From: Octopus vulgaris
Lineage: Eukaryota
NCBI GenBank assembly: GCA_951406725.2
Contig: OX597827.1
Span: 36,270,001 to 36,334,000, forward strand
Length of the DNA stretch: 64,000 bases
Direction of reading: 5' to 3'
Shown in pieces: positions 1 to 12,354 of this stretch. Numbering within the stretch: the first letter of the stretch is position 1; the number at the start of each line of letters is the position of its first letter. A program made the position numbers and the translations under genes. Under the pieces are notes generated by a model, which saw only the letters and a list, made by a program, of their open reading frames with translations, made no database searches and was not told the DNA's origin.

Positions 1-550
1 AATAAAAGATATTCCAGCAATATGATGTGTTTTTGATATTTTCTAACCATGAAAACAATTTCATAAAAATTGAAAGTTTAATACTGTATATTCATGCAAC
101 TAGTTTTAAATGTAAAAAGTGAGTCATCTTCAATAGAATTTCTTAATTTGTCGTACATGTAAATTTTAGCTAACATTTTAATTGCCAGTATCAGTACCCA
201 GTATGCATGTAAGATATGGTAGGGTAGGGTTTTAAGATCATAGGCGTTTCAAGATCAGTGAAATCGATACCATTAATGTTTTTCTTTAACTATCTCAAGC
301 TTAAGACTGCAAGAAAAACATGGAGAATGAAAATTCCAGGTAACTAACATTCTGAAGAGGCAGGACTAGTGGGTCCGGGGAGGTTAAATACAATATAAGT
401 GATGAGAGGAGAGATGAGTGACTCAGTGTTCCATTGTAGGAAATGGTACAAGACCAGCCAACTGTGAGGAGCAGAGGCCACTAGTAATGGTAGAAAAGAC
501 AGAGAAAAGTGACATAATGACAAACAGTCAAATGGATTTTATCAACTTAC

Positions 551-614
551 CCTGGAGCACAGGCCATCGCAGTTTCAATTTCCTTGATGAAATTTTCCAG
601 TGTTGTAAAAATGG
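551..614 (-). CDS. EXOC4: EXOC4 exon 16 (AIFTTLENFIKEIETAMACAPG); gene continues beyond the window
   Basis: Matches VIFHPLLRFIQEIEHALG; ttgtag/GTAAGT boundaries; phase 1 to 2. Confidence 0.92.
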
Positions 615-702
615 CTACAATATACCAAGAAAAATAGTGACAAAACACATTAACAAAGATAATTATTGTTTGGAAGTTTATTATTATTATCCAAGTGGCA
701 AA

Positions 703-834
703 GGTGGCAAGCTGGCAGAATCATTAACACACTGGGAAAAATGCTTAGTGACATTTCGTCTGTTTTTCACATTCTGAGTTCAAATTCCACTAAGGTTGAC
801 TTAGTCTTTCATCCTTTCAGGATCAATGAAATAA
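703..834 (+). mobile_element. Degenerate tRNA-derived SINE with Nin/Deu-like core
   Basis: GCTGGCAGAATC A-box, GAGTTCAAATTCC B-box and TTTCATCCTTTCAGGATCAAT core. Confidence 0.75.
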
Positions 835-959
835 TCTGGTTTGGAGCTTAGACAAATAAGTCTTGCAAACTACCAACCCTGGAGCAACCAACATAAAGCT
901 GACCACGAGAAAAGCAAGGCTCAATTAAGTGCAAGCTAGTAAATTTCAAAGTCTGATCT

Positions 960-2630
960 TGAGCTTTATTAATAGACATTACGAAGCAAACTTGCACTGG
1001 GAATTGTGTTTGTTTGAACTAAAATGGCATGTCTGTTGGCTTTTAGAATGAAAATTTCCTCCCCAGAGGCACATCCACTGATGATGGTAGCTTCTATCTC
1101 ATTAAGAGATAATGTCTTTACAATCAACATTGTCCCACTGCATAATTTAGGAGGATCTAAATTTCTTAGAAGCATTATTAGGACTCCTACCTTCAGAAAA
1201 AGTTTATGTGGAGGAATTCCAGGTGGCTCAAGAGAATTAAGAAACTCTGTTGGGTAATGAACAGCATGATTTTCATCAAGGACTGAATCAGCTGATTTGT
1301 ACTCCTTAATAACTTTTGGAATCTTATTCATTAATTCATGGTTAATCCTTGCTACTGTCTCGTTTTTGGAATTGAGAATTGCCCTTTCACACAACCATTT
1401 ATGTGCATGGTACATCAACATCAAAAAATCAAATGGAAATTGTAGTTGTGATACCTGTGCCAGTGGCACATAAAAAACACCATCCAAACGTGGCCGATGC
1501 CAGCGCTGCTTTGACTGGCTTCAATACTGGTGACACGTAAAAAGCACCAACCAATTGTGGACATTGCCAGCCTCACCTGGCACCTGTGCCAGTGGCATGT
1601 AAAAAGCACCCACTACACTCAGAGTGGTTGGCGTTAGGAAGGGCATCCAGCTGTAGAAACACTGCCAGATCAGACTGGAGCCTGGTGCAGCCTCCTGGCT
1701 TCCCAGACCCCGGTCGAACCATCCAACCCATGCTAGCATGGAAAACAGACATTAAACGATGATGATGATCATCATCATCATTATTACTTAAGTCTGAAAA
1801 TATCCTGTTCTTCAATTCAGCTGGGGAATTCACCATGATAGCAATATGAGCCAAACTAATATCACTATTCCCATCAAATGCTACTTTCCCATTTCCTATT
1901 TGGAGGAGCCAGTTTGGAAACTGTTCTGCACATTGGTCCCCATGTTATAAAGCTCACACATTAGTATTGAGGGAGAATTTCTATACTCCATAGGTGTGAA
2001 TACTTAATGCATGCTTTTATTTCATCAGATCTTGTTTATCTTAGAATGAATGGTAATATCTGTCTGAAGTCTCCTGATAAAACTAATGTAACTCCTCCCA
2101 TAGATTTATTGTTGCCCCTTATGTCCTGTAAGGTCTTAACAAGAGCTTCCATTGCACTTCTATGTGACATGGTGCATTCATCCCAAATGACCAGGCAGCA
2201 TTGGCACAACACTTCTGCTGAACCTGAACTTTATGTTACAAATTGAACAATCATTTGTGACCGGGTTTAGCAGTAATTTAAAAGCAGAATGAGCTGTTCA
2301 TCCTGTTGGGAGAATGGTGGCAGCAAAGACAGATGATGCTACAGCAACTGCAATTCTTTTTTGTTGCCTTAACCTTGAAGGGAAGCAATGTTGGTACAAA
2401 TGTTTTAACTGTGCCACCAGGAGCATGAAGAAATAAAATTCTTCTACTTTCTTCTCTGACTGACAAAATAATTTTATTATATGTACAGCATTGTTTCAGA
2501 AGAAGTTTAGGTTCATGTTCATTCACAGATGCAGCCAATTCTGTGATGTCATAATTTGTCTCTCTTGCTATGTCTAATTTGACAGTTTGTTTTTGGTAGT
2601 CCAGAGCCAGACTCATGCAAATTTTTGCCT
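960..2630 (-). mobile_element. Degenerate Helitron PIF1-like helicase fragment, interrupted by an RTE 3' end
   Basis: Motifs FLHAPGGTVKTF (decayed Walker A), WLCERAIL and YPTEFLNSLEPPGIPPHKLFLKVG..MLLRNLDPPKLCSGT; frameshifts and stops. Confidence 0.9.
1413..1780 (+). mobile_element. 5'-truncated RTE LINE 3' end with ~60-bp units and (GAT)n tail
   Basis: GGCGTTAGGAAGGGCATCCAGCTGTAGAAAC...CATGCTAGCATGG...GATGATGAT, shared with the RT-bearing copies in this window. Confidence 0.9.
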
Positions 2631-2905
2631 TAAGGCAGAATTGATAAAAAGATGTTGCAAGTGAGATAGCAACTACAGTGGTGTTAAGACACTAGAAGTG
2701 GAAAAACTGTGAAACATTGTTGTGTAACCTCTTCAAAATCACATTTAATCAGGTAGACTTCGCTATAACTTAAATAGAGCTGATCAAATGTGTATAGAAC
2801 AACCACCAAGTCATGTAACCTGTAACGTACACTGTGTTCTGGACCCATGCAACACACTCTACAGTGTAAATGTGCAAGTGAAATGAGAAAAATAAAATAT
2901 CAAAC

Positions 2906-2990
2906 CTGTAATGTTGTGGGCTCCAGGCTTGCAAACAAACTGGTGTTTAGCATTTTCCATCAGGCCATCTGTTCCACCAATTAATTCAGT
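2906..2990 (-). CDS. EXOC4: EXOC4 exon 15 (TELIGGTDGLMENAKHQFVCKPGAHNIT)
   Basis: Matches KFVCKPGARNIT; ttgtag/GTTTG boundaries; phase 0 to 1. Confidence 0.93.
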
Positions 2991-3099
2991 CTACAAATAT
3001 ACAGATTCAAATTAACTAATCCAGGATAATATATATTATGAAGCAACTGGTTAGTTAATATACACAGAAAGTAATAACATCAGGTTAATTAAAATATAT

Positions 3100-3625
3100 T
3101 ACAGGAGATTAATGACAAAAACCTTTCATGCCCAGCTACTAAATATCACATATCAGCAACAGCAATGTCTTAATGAGTGTTTACAAACCCTCTAAGGACA
3201 TAAACATTGGACTGAAGAGCAATGGGGCCAAGATATGCTTTCTGATGAATCAACACTGCAGCAGGTTTTAGTATGCCAGCATCATGTCAGGAGGCCAAAA
3301 ACCAACACAGCATTGCTTCTGCACCTGCTCAATTCACCAGATTTAGCACCTGTGGACTTCCATCTTTTCCCCAAGATGAAAATGAAGCTTAAAGGTTGCC
3401 GTTTTAGCACCATTGGCGAGATAAAGTGTAAATAGTAGAAGGTCCTTGTACTGTTTACAAAAAATGACTTCCCAGCCGGATTCCAAAAGTAGCAGGAACA
3501 CAGGGACTGGTGTATTGCAGTGCAAGGGGACTATTTTGAAGGAGATTATGTTAAAACTTAGGTAAATAAAATATTTTTTTATTAAACATAACTAGTCTAG
3601 GAACTTTTCGATACCATCTCATATG
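3100..3625 (+). mobile_element. Tc1/mariner relics: Tc1-like (W)SDES fragment joined to a mariner C-terminus
   Basis: HWTEEQW..LSDES followed by NSPDLAPVDFHLFPKMKMKLKG; TIR-like end GGAACTTTTCGATACCATCTCATA. Confidence 0.75.
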
Positions 3626-3910
3626 ATATAAATTTACAATTGAATCTGTGATAGTAAATTATTCTATCTTAAATTAAAGAGTAACTTTCCCTAGAAAAGC
3701 CTAGCATCTACTCACTATAACCTAAGGATGGAGCTTCACGGAAAATGTAGGATTTAGTGGTTTTGTTCAACCGCCAATGCCATTACCTTTTTTCGCACCA
3801 ATAATCCAGGAAATGGTAGATCAAACCATACCACCCAATTCTCTTATAATATTTGTTTAACAAGATGCAAAGATAGAAGAGGGAGAGTAAAAAGTTACAG
3901 TGGTACTCAC

Positions 3911-3982
3911 AGGTCTGTGGTCTTCAATGTAACTATTGGTACTCAAAGCATGGATGGAGGCATCGAAGCGGAACAATGGCAA
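3911..3982 (-). CDS. EXOC4: EXOC4 exon 14 (LPLFRFDASIHALSTNSYIEDHRP)
   Basis: Matches [22 protein letters not shown]; tttcag/GTGAGT boundaries. Confidence 0.94.
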
Positions 3983-4077
3983 CTGAAAATAGAAACAATT
4001 TACAGTCATGTATGTATTTGTACACTTGCATATATGCATATATACAAACATGTCAAATAAAAACTTTTTTAACGCTG

Positions 4078-4539
4078 AAACAATGCAAAATGAAATACAA
4101 AAGTGAAGACAATACTTGAATTTTTGCATTGTATTTGTATTTCTTTGACATTTCAAGGTTAGGATCTTTTCATCGGGTGATGGAATAAAGCTATTATTGT
4201 TGCTCGGATATGTGAGAGGGAGTATAACATGTGCAAACTGGTGTTGTTGTAATAACGAGTTTGCTTCATGTAGTTCTTGTCTGTTGCCAATTAATAAGCT
4301 GAAACCAATATTAAAAAAAAAGATAAAAACTACACAAAGCAGACTGGCTATTATGACAACACCAGTCAGTGCATGTCACTACCTTCTCCTGCATATGTGA
4401 GCAATGAAAATAACTTTATTCCATCTTGTACTGGAGGAGTCCAACACCCAAGATTATTGAAGACATACAAAGTAATACTTTAACTATTGTCTCATTTTCA
4501 CATTTGTAGTTTACTTTTGTATTTCATTTTGCATTGTTT
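4078..4539. repeat. Old imperfect inverted repeat (foldback/MITE-like) in intron 13
   Basis: 4078-4104 is the reverse complement of 4513-4539; inner arms about 4179-4254 and 4350-4425 are imperfectly complementary. Confidence 0.8.
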
Positions 4540-4940
4540 TGGCTTTTCCAAGTTTTTATCTAATTTAATATTACACATTGCTTCACCCAAACTACTCTAT
4601 TCTAATACATACATGCCTGCACAAAGACACATGTACATATAAGTATCAAACGCACCCACACGTACACACACAACCTTCACACAGACAAGCATACACACTA
4701 CCATATACATAATACTACAAACCATCTCTCTCTCACTTCAAACACACACACACCATCATCACCACTATCACAATCACTAAACATATATGAAAGCAATAAA
4801 TCATGTCTTTCACAACCTTCAGTTTCATTGATACATTTAAAAGTAAATTTCAAAGTCATTGAATAAAAGACAAAACTGTTCCCTTAGCAGAAAATCTATC
4901 ACTAATACACAAAAGTAGGATAAACAGATCTGCAGCTTAC

Positions 4941-5078
4941 CTTTTTGGGTTTGGTAGGTTTCTTCTTGGAGAAATACATACCAATATCAGTGTTTGGCTC
5001 ATCAAAATTGCTGGGGGCATTCTGCCGAGACGATGCACTGTTCTGAATGTCAAGATAGTCGCTTAGCAACAGTTGTAA
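4941..5078 (-). CDS. EXOC4: EXOC4 exon 13 (LQLLLSDYLDIQN...MYFSKKKPTKPKK)
   Basis: Matches LQMLLTEYLDMKN...FFAKKKPQRPK; ttacag/GTAAGC boundaries. Confidence 0.95.
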
Positions 5079-5551
5079 CTGTAACAAAGAATTTTTTTAA
5101 AGAAGTAGGTATGGCTATATATTTAATGAGATTGCTTCACAATCATATGGTTCTAGGTTTGATCCTACTACACAAGTGTCTCTTTCAAATTGGGTTCTAA
5201 GGCTCCCCATATTTCCTCTAATCATGCAAATACCCACACTACTGGACTTTCCCCACTCATATTGTCATGTATACACACATCCAAACTTCACTCTTGCTTA
5301 CCATTCTTGTGACATGTGTAACAATATCATGTCTTCATCCACCTCTATCATTCAGAAACCACATTCAATCATCCTACTTACTTCTAGCCTGTCTTACTAC
5401 TGCAACTACCAGACACATTTCAACACCAATACATAACACTCTCTCTTCTCATCCTCACCTTTCCTCAGACACCTACTATTTTTATTCCATTTCTAGATTT
5501 TACCTTCCTCTACAATAACCCTCAACCATATCTTCAAATTCAGAATCAAAC

Positions 5552-6081
5552 ATAAGATGATGATGATTGACTGTTCAAACTGATAGAAACGTATGATGTA
5601 GATGTAAATATTCTAAAATAATATTTCGCTTTGGATTTGGTTTGCAAGATTCTTTATATGAGTTCGTGTATTGAAGCATATTCTGTTGTGTTTGGGGAGA
5701 GTAATTTTCTTTTTGTGCTTTATAATGTAACACACTCACCGGTAAAATTTCCACTTATTTCTTATTTTTATTTTATTAACATTTTCGTTGTGAAAATAAA
5801 AGTAAGAAATAAGCGGAATGAAAAGGTTGCAAGATGCAACGAAAAAATTTTAGGAAAATAAAAATAAGGAATGAGTGGAAATTTTACTGGTGAGTGTGTT
5901 ACATTATAAGGCACAAAAAGAAAATTACTCTCCCCACACACAACAGAATATGCTTCAACACACGAAAGGAAGCATATAAAGGATCTTGCAAACCAAATCC
6001 AAAACGAAATATTATTTTAGAATATTTACATCTACATCATACGTTTCTATCAGTTTGAACAGTCAATCATCATCATCTTAT
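5552..6081. repeat. Long palindromic element with ~240-bp arms
   Basis: ATAAGATGATGATGATTGACTGTTCAAACTG... is the reverse complement of ...CAGTTTGAACAGTCAATCATCATCATCTTAT. Confidence 0.95.
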
Positions 6082-6989
6082 TTTTAGACAGTGCATGTTT
6101 AGATTACCTACTTCCTATCACACTCTACTATCACTTAAAAATTCTTGCCAATTACAAACACTCTTTCTCTCTTAACAAGGTGAAGTTAATAGTTCAAAAA
6201 TTAATATTTTATTATTATCAAGAACAAGTCATATCAACCATTCTGGTATTTAATAAAGAGGATATTTACAATGAAGAAGAACACTAAATTGATGCACTGA
6301 ATTGAGGTTAATTTGAAAAGTCAGAGATTTTGTGCAGGTGTAATGTGCAAATACTTTTATTCTATTACTAGCTTTATTCACTGCACTTCAGTTATGCTGG
6401 GGCACCAGTTAATCATATCAATCCCAGTATTGCTAGATTACGATTTTAACAAAGCAATGTAATTTGATACACTTGTTTACACTAGCAAACATAAACACAG
6501 GCATATGAATATACATATATATATGATGAGCTTCCAAAGTTTCAGTCTACTAAATTTTATTGGTCAATTTGAGGTTACAGTTAAAGACATATACACAATA
6601 GGATCAAACCTACAACCACACAATGAGGAAGTGAATTTCTTAACCACATAACTACTTTTTATAGCTTAGTCAGTAGTAGTAGTAGTACATACATATACAC
6701 TTTCTTTGTTATCTACTTCCTCAGTAGCACATATATAAACACTTCTTATTGTTACCTACTTAGTAATACATACATACACACACACATGTCTTTTGTTATC
6801 ACTTGATCAGTAGTACATGTACACTTCCTTTGTTACATACATGGTCAGTAGTATATACACAATTGTCACAGACAGACTTTCACCCCCTTGTTCTTTGTTT
6901 TTGTACAAGATGATGATGACTGACATCACAAAAATCCTTGGTAACTTGCTTGTGGAGTCTAGAGTGGAGTGCCGGACCACCAACCTTCC

Positions 6990-7690
6990 AGGTTTCAGGT
7001 GGGAGTCTGTCCACTTTTACTGACTACCAAAGTTGTCTGTTGGACAGAAAATTTTGTTCTGCTCTGACTTCAAATGATGAGTGGAATATGAAATACTCCT
7101 AAGTTTTGGACTGAGAAGAGTTCGAAAGTATTCCGACCACCAGTTCAAGATGGAGGCCTTGCCTGAGAAAAGTGTCCTTCTGTCTGAACAAAATGCTGGA
7201 CTCTGGATCACATACAACTTTTAAGTCTAAGAACAGGTAAAGGTCACCAGCATCAAAGCAACTCTACCGAGGACACAGTTATGCTGGGAAAGACACATTA
7301 CTTGAATGGAGGATTATTGACTTTCCTATCTCAGTGACCAGAGGAGAGATCATGCTGTACAATGAACTCTACTCTGGTCACCGAGATAGAGGAGCTCCAA
7401 TGAAAAGATACAAAGATTCCTTAAAGAAATCTCTTGACACCAGCCACATTAATCACTACCAGTAATCTGCAAAGCCTGGTGCCTCATTGTCCTCTGGGCC
7501 TCCTTTGACGATACTTGCAGGACCACCACTGCAGACAAAAGAGGAAAAACTAGGACACTACAACCAACCCTGATCAGCCTGTCTTCGCATGCAGTCATGC
7601 CTGTTTGTCCTGAATTGAACTTGCTAGGTATCAGCAAGTCTGCAAGAGATATCCCCTCTGTAAATCTTCACTTGCAAAGCCAATACAAGA
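6990..7690. mobile_element. Degenerate BovB-like RTE fragments in opposite orientations
   Basis: Minus strand about 7017-7220 reads KASILNWWSEYFRTL. Plus strand about 7250-7690 reads GHRDRGAPMKRYKDSLKKSL, an RTE C-terminus. Confidence 0.65.
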
Positions 7691-7814
7691 AAAGAAGAAA
7701 AAGGCACATACATATACATGTCTTTTGTCATCCAATAAGTCAGAAGTACATGTACACTTCCTTTGTTATCTATTTGATTGATAGTTCATACACACACTTC
7801 TTTTATTAACTTAC

Positions 7815-7889
7815 CACAGCCTGAATCTTTGACCAAATATCCACCATATCATAGAGTAGTTGGTCAGAACGGACAGGTGCACCAGATGC
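7815..7889 (-). CDS. EXOC4: EXOC4 exon 12 (ASGAPVRSDQLLYDMVDIWSKIQAV)
   Basis: Matches LYDMADVWVKIQDV; tttcag/GTAAGT boundaries; follows a 14.3-kb intron. Confidence 0.94.
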
Positions 7890-7974
7890 CTGAAAATATC
7901 ATTAGAGTCCTTTTATTTATTAAAGAAGAAATTACAAATAATAATAATAGTAGTAGTAGTAGTAATAATAATTC

Positions 7975-8198
7975 TTCCTATCATAAGCACAAGGCCTGAA
8001 ATATAGGGGGAGGAGATAAACTATTACAGCAACCCCAGTGCTCAACTGGTACTTATTTTATCAACCTCAAAAGGATGAAAGGCAAAGTTAACCTGGCAGA
8101 ATTTGAATTCAGAGCATAAAGACACAAAATGCTGCTAAGCATTTAGTCCAGTATGCTAATGATTCTGCCAGTTCAAACTGCCTTAATAATAATAACAC

Positions 8199-8250
<52 letters not shown>

Positions 8251-8455
8251 TCATTCTATCATAGGCACAAGGGCTGAAATTGGGGTGGGGAGTCTAGTTA
8301 ATTACATTGACCCTAGTGTTCAACTAGTACTTATATTCTTGACTCTGAAAGAAGAAAGGCAAAACTGACATCAGCAGAATTTGAACTCAGAACATAAAAA
8401 TGGATGAAATATTGCTAAACATTTTGTCTGGTGTGCTAATGATTCTGCCAGCTTA
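7975..8455 (-). mobile_element. Two tandem tRNA-derived Nin/Deu-core SINEs separated by (AAT)n
   Basis: Both contain CTGGCAGAATCATTAGCA, CTGA(A/G)TTCAAATTCTGC and TAAGTAC(C/T)AGTTGA on the minus strand. Confidence 0.85.
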
Positions 8456-8480
8456 ATAACAATGATGATGATGATGATAA

Positions 8481-9151
8481 ATGCCCTGACGCAGTACTAG
8501 GCACTGGCTCTCATGGTTTCTGATCTTAACTAATTGAAAGTGTTATCACGTACAAGTTTTGTCTTGGTATAAAAGACGGGTTACAGAAATTTTCTGCTCA
8601 ACAAATACCCTGATGCAGTACCAGGCACTTGCTCTCATGGCTTCTGATTTTATCAGATTGGAAGTGTTATCATGTACATGTTTTTTCTTGGTTTAAAAGA
8701 TGGGCTACAGCAAATATCCTGCTCAATACCACAGATTTGCTTGTCAGTTGTTTGACCTTAACCAATTGAGCATGTCCCTTGGCTGACGATATGTGCATCT
8801 CTGATAATGAGGAGAAATAGTGGGGGAGTAACATAGCCGTGTGTTGTGAGGAATTCTTTGGAATTTGAATAACTCAGCTCTGGAAACATGGGTGTTTTGC
8901 TCAACATCCTTAAACAACCCTTATTCAAGGACCTTTTGAGTGGGATGGGCTACTTGACCTGAAGAAAATTCTAACTGGGCCCCACCTGCAAGGTCATGTT
9001 TATCTTGATAGAAGATCACCATGTTGTGCACATATGGTTTTGATGCATGTGCCTGGTGTATTCTTATCAGATGGGTAGTCATGATGGGTATACTAGGCTT
9101 CGTATATTTTACCCCAGAGTCACTTTGATGATATGCACTGCTCTCTCACTC
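8481..9151 (-). mobile_element. Non-coding interspersed element between AAT/GAT microsatellites, with an internal ~120-bp tandem duplication
   Basis: 8481-8603 is nearly repeated at 8604-8726; trinucleotide runs flank both sides. Family and strand are uncertain. Confidence 0.5.
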
Positions 9152-9357
9152 AATAATAATGATAATAATAGTATCTAACTTATGTACAAAAGTCAGGAAG
9201 GTTAGTGGGAAGGAAACAGTTATATAGACACCTTTCTGATAGATTATTCCTTCTGGAAGAATGAAATTCAAAATCATCCATAGAAGAATCTAAACTCAAA
9301 ATATAAAGTCACATAATTAGATAGCACATGGCATTTTGTCTATCAATATTATATGCA

Positions 9358-9808
9358 CATTATTTACATTTGACAGATATTTGTCCTCATCTTGTTTGTT
9401 GTTTACACAATGTTTCAGCTGATATACCCTCCAGCCTTCATTAGGTGTCTTGGGGAAATTTTGAACCTGGGTTCTCATTCCTAAGGTATTTTTCGATGTT
9501 ATTATTGCTATTATTATTCAGGTCACTACCTGGAATCAAACTTGGAATCTTGGGGGTTAATAGCCCATGCTCTTAACCCCAAGGTTCCAAGTTTGATTCC
9601 AGGCAGTGACCTGAATAATAATAGCAATAATAACATCGAAAAATACCTTAAGAATGAGAACCCAGGTTCAAAATTTCCCCAAGACACCTGATGAAGGCTT
9701 GAGGGTATATCAGCCGAAACATTGTGTAAACAACAAACAAGATGAGGACAAATATCTGTCAAATGTAAATAATGTATATAATTCCTCATCTCTTAAATAT
9801 AGAATTGG
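9358..9808. mobile_element. Palindromic tRNA-head plus hammerhead retroelement (Penelope-like non-autonomous candidate)
   Basis: ~200-bp inverted arms, 13-bp TSD AATATTATATGCA (9345-9357 and 9809-9821) and a 34-nt unpaired tail. Confidence 0.8.
9684..9727 (+). ncRNA. Minimal type-I hammerhead ribozyme motif, with a mirror copy at 9405-9448 on the minus strand
   Basis: ACAC-CTGATGA-A-GGCT..AGCC-GAAAC-ATT-GTGT. The mirror copy has CTAATGA in the core. Confidence 0.7.
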
Positions 9809-11229
9809 AATATTATATGCATTTTGCCAATACATCACCTCTCTATACATTCTAGCAAGCTATTCCCCACTCAATACATTCTCCTAATACATCACCTATT
9901 CTATAGAGACAACAAGAATGATTTGTAAGTTTGACATAAGGTAGGATACATCAATTTAAATCAATCTCATTTTATTAATTCCTAAAGAATAAAAGACAAT
10001 GTCAACATGACATGATTTAAACTTGGTATCTTCCTTGACATGAGTTCAAGTAAGACCAACAAAGGAATACTACCCTCACATCTGAAGCATTGTTGTTGCT
10101 GTTATGCACATGAACATCCAAGACCTCATCTACGATCCATGATTGATCTTGGTAGAGTTTGAGCTCAGAACAGAGAGAGATTAAACTAAACACTGTGATG
10201 TCATTTACTCTAAACACACAACCATCCCTTTATAGTACAACCAAATTAGCCTAGTATTTAACTGGTATTTATTGTATCACTACTAAGAGAGACAAGAGAT
10301 GAACAGCAACTGTGAGAGCCAATCTGATTTTGAACTCAGAATATACAAGTATCTAACTAAATATTGGAAGGAAAATTAATCTTTCACTCAAAGATGAACC
10401 AGTCTCTCCTCCTCAGAACATCATCCCATTATGGAATTTCTTCTCTGCCCATGTTTAACTTGTAACTATTCAAGAAGAACATTAACCACATTTAATCTTA
10501 CTAATCTGCAAGTATTCCAAAGGCTATGGGCAAAGCATCTCTCTCCAGACCAAAGCAATAAAACAATTAAAACAAAACAAGTTAGGCTTCATTATACTAA
10601 TATCAACAACAACATTAATAACAATAGCAACTGGTGCAATGACAACAAGCATGGTTAAACAGATATAACAACAACAACTATCAACTGAAGCATGCAAAAA
10701 TATAGATTTCCAAAGGGTCAACCTCCAGAATAACAGAAAGTAGAAGTCAGAGGTTTTTGAGATCATCCATCAGCAGCAGAAGTTAGTGAAATATGAAATG
10801 AGTGTATGTGAGGATGCACAGGCATGGTCAAAAGTGAATTCACAATTAAGTAGGGTTTTAATTATATTGTACAGCACAAATTATACACACACACACACAC
10901 ACACACACGTATAGCCTCCTAATTTGACAGACAGAGCACAGGAGGGTTAGTGAGAGAGATATGAGAGAGAGAGACAGCAGGTACTCTGTGAGGTAATAAT
11001 TGATGCTATGTGGTGTATGTGTAAGTATGCGCGCATGCACACACACACACACACACATCATCGTCAACTTACAACCTATCTGACTTTACGATGATTGGAT
11101 TCCCAGCTCCCTGCAGCAATAATAAATAGTCCAGGTGAAACCTAATGGGTTTAATTTCTTAGAAATTAACCCCTCTATGGATGATGTCAGCTAACAAATG
11201 TTTCCCCTAGATTTTGGTTATCAATCACC

Positions 11230-12354
11230 ACTGTGTTGGATGACTATCCTGTTATGGAGACATCAAGGCAACCTCGTATTTGTTTATAAGATGATTGCTT
11301 GAGACTCCAAAATTTGTGACTAACGCCAAAATACCTGTGAAGTTTATGGTGATGATGCTGTAGGTGAATCAACTGTCTGAAGGTAGTTTGCAAAATTTGA
11401 AGCTGGAGAGTTTAGCTTAGAAGATGATAGTCACAGTGGAAGACCTTCAAAATTGGATACAGATGTTTTGAAAGCAAAAATTGAAGGAAACTTAAATATC
11501 CTGACTGGAGAACTTGCAGAGGAGTTGGAAGTTTCTAAAAGTATGGCTCATGAACACTTAATGAAGCTAGGATACATTTCTCATTATGATGTATCGGTCC
11601 CTCATAAACTCTCAGAAAAGAATTGCTCGGACCGATATTCCATTTGTGATATGCTTTTGAAATGGAATGAAAGCATGCCTTTTTTGAAACAACTTGTAAC
11701 TGGAGATGAAAAATGGATTGTGTACGAAAATGTAATCTGCAAAAGATCCTGGAGTTTGCGTAAGGAACCCCCAAAACAGCAACCAAAGATGAATATCCAT
11801 GCCAAAAATAGCTATACTTTGTGTTTAGTGGGATCATAAAAGCATTATTTATTATGAGTTTCTCCCACAAAACCAGACCATTAATTCTGATGTGTACTGT
11901 TGTCGGCTGGCTAATTTGAACTAAAAAAAATCGAAGAATTGAGGCCAGAGATTGCCAAAAGAAAAGAGTAGTATTCCAACAAGACAATGCCTGACCACAT
12001 GTGTCTTTGACTACCTGAACATAGTGACATGAACTTGGCTGGGATCTCTTACCCCATCCACCATATTCTCCTGATATTACGCTATCCAGCTACCACTTGT
12101 TTTTGTCTCTACAGAATTCATTGCAATGAAAAACATTTAACAATTTAAATAAAGTGAAAATGCATCTAAATAACTGTTTGTTTTCAGAGCGAGTCAAATT
12201 TTATGCTGATGGAATATTTAAATTGCCTGATAGATGGGCAAAGGTCATTAATAATAATGAAAATTATTTCATTGAATAAAGTTTATTAAAAGTCATTATT
12301 TATATCCCTTTTGGCAAATTAAAAAATGCTCAGAACTTTCTGGACAACCTAATA
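11230..12354 (+). mobile_element. Degenerate mariner transposon
   Basis: SVPHKLSEKN, LVTGDEKWIVY, QQDNA and HPPYSPDI motifs; TIR-like end AACTTTCTGGACAACCTAATA. The left boundary is approximate. Confidence 0.9.

Noticed and set aside
418-777. 119-aa plus-strand ORF
   Set aside because: It lies antisense to EXOC4 exon 16 and runs into a SINE.
10017-10217. SELKLYQDQSW ORF as an EXOC4 exon
   Set aside because: The true homologous exon is at 7815-7889 and joins exon 11 in phase with no gap.
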